From Armatimonadota bacterium (GTDB lineage Bacteria; Armatimonadota; UBA5829; DTJY01): DNA of 49,055 bases. Shown here one piece after another: positions 46,369-49,055 of this stretch (the first letter of the stretch is position 1; every line of letters begins with the position of its first letter). The notes under the pieces were generated by a model that was not told where the DNA came from, searched no databases, and was given only the letters and a program-made list of their open reading frames with translations. Location: positions 1 through 49,055 of the forward strand of contig JAPXND010000002.1 in assembly GCA_033808695.1 (NCBI GenBank). The letters run 5' to 3'. Both the position numbers and the translations under genes were made by a program.

Positions 46369-47472
46369 TCAATAAGGAAACAGATCTTCATAAGGCTCAC
46401 TGCATTTTTCATCAAACGGTTTTGATAAAACATCATCAACTTTTGCAAGTATATCATCAACTGATAACACCATACCGCCAAGCTTACCATAAAAATCAAC
46501 AGCTGATTTGCCATTAACTGCTAACATTACATCCTCAACCATCTGACCTGCGCTCTTCTCAATAACCAAAAATCGTTTTCCTGCACATGCAAATTCATTA
46601 ATGCGCTTATATGGATATGGATAAAGTGTTATTGGACGGAATAACCCAACTTTAAGTCCATTCTCTCGTGCTGATTTTACTACATTAAGACATATTCGTG
46701 CTGAACTGCCATATGCCACTAAAATCAGATCTGCATCATCAGTTGAAAATTCTTGGTATCTTACTTCATTTTTTTTCATCTCAACATACTTGGCTTGTAT
46801 TTGAAGATTAATGACTTCCAGTGTTTCCGGAGCCATGTATAAGGATGTTATATAGTTGCGTTTTCGGTTTTTTGCACCATTTGCAGCCCATGGTTTATCA
46901 TACTCAGGCGATTCAAATTTATCTGGAATTATAATTGGCTCAATCATTTGACCGATAATGCCATCCGATAAAATCATTACAGGATTTCGGTATTTATCTG
47001 CCAAAGAGAATGCCATTGCAGTAAACTCAAACATATCCATAACAGACCACGGCGCTAACACAAGCAAACGATAATCTCCATGACCGCCGCCTTTTACTGC
47101 CTGAAAATAATCGCCTTGTGCAGCAGCAATATTTCCCAATCCGGGGCCGCCTCTTTGCATATTTGCAATAACACATGGAAGCTGTGCTCCAGCCATATAG
47201 GATATACCTTCCATCTTAAGACTTACTCCAGGACTTGAAGATGATGTCATAGCTCTTATCCCAGCAGATGCTGCTCCATATACCATATTCACAGCAGCCA
47301 CTTCACTTTCAGCCTGTATAAACACACCATCGGCTTCCGGCATATATCTAGACATGTATTCAGGAACTTCATTCTGTGGTGTAATTGGATACCCGAAAAA
47401 CGCTCTGCATCCGCCAGCAATTGCGCCTCTTACTAAAGCTTCATTACCCTTCATCAATATTTTTTCTGACAT
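46369..47472 (-). CDS. 2-oxoacid:ferredoxin oxidoreductase, alpha subunit
   Basis: MSEKILMKGNEALVRGAIAGGCRAFFGYPITPQNE. The ATG at 47472 sits 2 nt after the delta-subunit stop. The ORF-track start at 47541 would overlap the delta gene by 67 nt. Confidence 0.9.
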   Translation of the reverse strand: MSEKILMKGNEALVRGAIAGGCRAFFGYPITPQNEVPEYMSRYMPEADGVFIQAESEVAAVNMVYGAASAGIRAMTSSSSPGVSLKMEGISYMAGAQLPCVIANMQRGGPGLGNIAAAQGDYFQAVKGGGHGDYRLLVLAPWSVMDMFEFTAMAFSLADKYRNPVMILSDGIIGQMIEPIIIPDKFESPEYDKPWAANGAKNRKRNYITSLYMAPETLEVINLQIQAKYVEMKKNEVRYQEFSTDDADLILVAYGSSARICLNVVKSARENGLKVGLFRPITLYPYPYKRINEFACAGKRFLVIEKSAGQMVEDVMLAVNGKSAVDFYGKLGGMVLSVDDILAKVDDVLSKPFDEKCSEPYEDLFPY

Positions 47473-47474
47473 GG

Positions 47475-47681
47475 TTATTTGTATACCTCTTCTATAGCTG
47501 CATCCGGGCACATCATAGCACAGATAGCACAACCTGTACACCCACCATCATCAATAAAAACGCTCGGATGAAAACCTTTTTGGTTGAATTCCTTAGAGAA
47601 TTCAATCTTTTTGTTTGGGCAGAAATGAACACACAACCCGCAACCTTTGCAACGCTCTTTGTTTATTACAATTTTGCCCAT
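47475..47681 (-). CDS. 2-oxoacid:ferredoxin oxidoreductase, delta subunit (2x[4Fe-4S] ferredoxin-type)
   Basis: 68 aa. CKGCGLCVHFCP and CTGCAICAMMCP cluster motifs. The D-A-B-C gene order matches Oor/Kor-type operons. Confidence 0.85.
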   Translation of the reverse strand: MGKIVINKERCKGCGLCVHFCPNKKIEFSKEFNQKGFHPSVFIDDGGCTGCAICAMMCPDAAIEEVYK

Positions 47682-47683
47682 AC

Positions 47684-48514
47684 CTACCTCTTTCCCAATA
47701 ACTGGTCTATTCTATTTAATATTTTATTATGTTCAATCAATTTTGTTATTGAATTCTTTTCAGAATAAACATGGATTAAAGCTAATAATATTATTAAAAC
47801 TATTTTCCACACTTCATCTAACACAAAGGAATATGACATTCCTAATACTGCACCAATGGTGTTTGATCCTGCATCACCTATCATAATAGATGCATTGCGG
47901 TCGAAATATGTCAGCCATACAACAGGTATAATAACCGGAATCAATAATGCAGCCATTAATTTCGTTGGGGATATTAACAACAGCATTAATAATCCCAGCC
48001 AGAAAATAAACAAAGATCGTCCCGGACGCAAGTCAAACAAATTGAGTGTATTTGCAGATAATGCAATCAATAATCCATTTAATATGCCTGCATAAATATT
48101 GCCGGCTAATAAATAACCCAAAATGAGTGAAATTATACCGCCGCCAATAGCTTTTACTGCACCTGTTGTAACTTTACCTTTTAGTAATTTAGATAAGTGA
48201 CCTCTGAATCCGCCTGTATTTCTTGATCCATATATATCATCAATCAATCCAAGAATCCCAAAAGCAAGTATGACTAATAAAAACAATATACTAATTTTTG
48301 GGAATCCAAATAAATAAGAAACTAAAATATATAATGGAACAGCAATTATAGCAACTATAAATCCAAATCCTACAGGAATACGATTTCCTTTAAAGTTTAA
48401 CCTGTATAAATCGGCTTTTTTTACAATCCATTTCATAAACTGAATTGAAATGGGCAAAAATAATACAGATGCTAATAATATTAAGAAAAACTTTATTTGC
48501 AAATTGCTTTCCAT
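47684..48514 (-). CDS. Polytopic membrane protein, divergent MraY/WecA-like (GT4 polyprenyl-phosphate sugar-1-phosphate transferase family)
   Basis: 276 aa with about 8-9 TM helices. LGLIDDIYG motif and MIGDAGSN motif. The usual NxxNxxDGxDGL box is replaced by NTLNLFDLRPGR. Confidence 0.65.
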   Translation of the reverse strand: MESNLQIKFFLILLASVLFLPISIQFMKWIVKKADLYRLNFKGNRIPVGFGFIVAIIAVPLYILVSYLFGFPKISILFLLVILAFGILGLIDDIYGSRNTGGFRGHLSKLLKGKVTTGAVKAIGGGIISLILGYLLAGNIYAGILNGLLIALSANTLNLFDLRPGRSLFIFWLGLLMLLLISPTKLMAALLIPVIIPVVWLTYFDRNASIMIGDAGSNTIGAVLGMSYSFVLDEVWKIVLIILLALIHVYSEKNSITKLIEHNKILNRIDQLLGKR

Positions 48515-49055
48515 ATTATTATACGCAAAATATGCGCAAACTGTTTGCCTCTATGCATAAAACCACGAAAATCTCTGCCTGTTGCGCGATGTTTCATATC
48601 AACAGGAACCTCTATAACCCTATATCCCATTCTCAATGCATCTATGGTAAGGGCGGTTTCTATACCAAATCCAGAAGCAAATCCGCCTGCTTTCTCTATT
48701 ATCTCTCTCTTTAATGCTCTTTGTCCAGACAATGGAGCGTAAATTACTGATCCTGCAAGCAATTTTATGCCGGCACGAGCGATTTTAACCGCGGTACCAA
48801 ATCCTTTGCTCTTTGAAGCAAGCTTATTCTGCAGGTCATCTGCAGCTGCATTAAATTGTCCAATAGTCATATCTGCTGAATTATCTAATACTGGCTGCAG
48901 AAGCCTATAAGCCTGTATTGCTGTACTGCCAAGATCAGCATCTAATAATATTATTATACTACCATTTGACAAAGAAAACCCTTTGTTTAATGCGCCGCCT
49001 TTTCCTACATTCTTTGACAGCCTTATTACCTGATGAGCGCCTGCCCTATCTGCAG
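48493..49055 (-). CDS. Family 2 glycosyltransferase (GpgS/DPM1-like), 3' part; the 5' end runs off the right edge of the window
   Basis: The reading frame stays open upstream of the ORF-track start (TTG 48972) to the window edge: ...ADRAGAHQVIRLSKNVGKGGALNKGFSLSNGSIIILLDADL (DxD). Downstream APLSGQRALKREII...GFGIETALTIDALRMGYRVIEVPVDMKHR. Confidence 0.8.
   Translation of the reverse strand, partial: ADRAGAHQVIRLSKNVGKGGALNKGFSLSNGSIIILLDADLGSTAIQAYRLLQPVLDNSADMTIGQFNAAADDLQNKLASKSKGFGTAVKIARAGIKLLAGSVIYAPLSGQRALKREIIEKAGGFASGFGIETALTIDALRMGYRVIEVPVDMKHRATGRDFRGFMHRGKQFAHILRIIIWKAICK

Noticed and set aside
1-49055. Scan for rRNA, tRNA, tmRNA, RNase P, SRP RNA, CRISPR repeats, IS elements, integrases and prophage genes.
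   Set aside because: No spacer is long or structured enough for a tRNA or rRNA. No conserved RNA signatures are present (for example GGUUCGAAUCC-type T-arms or GAGGAAAGUCC). No regularly spaced repeats and no transposase or integrase-like ORFs were seen.

Overview
Low-GC bacterial chromosomal segment of 49,055 bp. I can support 43 protein-coding genes, 41 of them on the minus strand, which is a strong co-orientation bias. I recognised no rRNA, tRNA, CRISPR array, transposase or integrase.

Housekeeping content, right to left on the minus strand:
- partial GT2 plus an MraY-like transferase
- a four-subunit 2-oxoacid:ferredoxin oxidoreductase in delta-alpha-beta-gamma order
- slyD-like PPIase
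- cell-wall amidase, GerMN protein, murI, rph, rdgB
- lemA, htpX-like M48 protease, MFS transporter
- an L-rhamnose catabolic block: atypical 557-aa MDR dehydrogenase, rhaEW, rhaB, rhaA, followed by a 3x Big_2 lipoprotein
- comM/yifB, a small membrane protein, mgtC
- nusA, ylxR, infB, DUF503, rbfA, nrnA, truB, ribF
- rpsA, coaE
- a five-gene block encoding only exported proteins: scaffold-like protein, S8 subtilase, a 734-aa unknown, a tandem scaffold-like protein, and a Big_1 + OstA-like beta-barrel
- uvrB
- an exported 602-aa enzyme-like protein and a partial S1C serine peptidase that is not in the ORF track

Only two genes are on the plus strand: an orphan roughly 280-aa protein and a cytoplasmic SH3b-NlpC/P60 peptidase.

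Gene order (nusA operon, gerM-murI-rph-rdgB) and a Cheo-type SOS box upstream of uvrB look Firmicutes-like. A C-terminal-Phe beta-barrel, an OstA-like domain and AMIN domains argue for an outer membrane.

The best candidate for something undescribed is the exported five-gene block at 4590-14629. It includes a roughly 160-aa C-terminal module shared by the subtilase and its neighbour, and a triplicated scaffold-like module.

Several regulatory RNA and DNA candidates are listed: a nusA leader attenuator, an rpsA leader hairpin triplet, an rpsA terminator overlapping the coaE start, and a GC-rich structured spacer.

All family assignments come from motif recognition by eye. No database search was possible.
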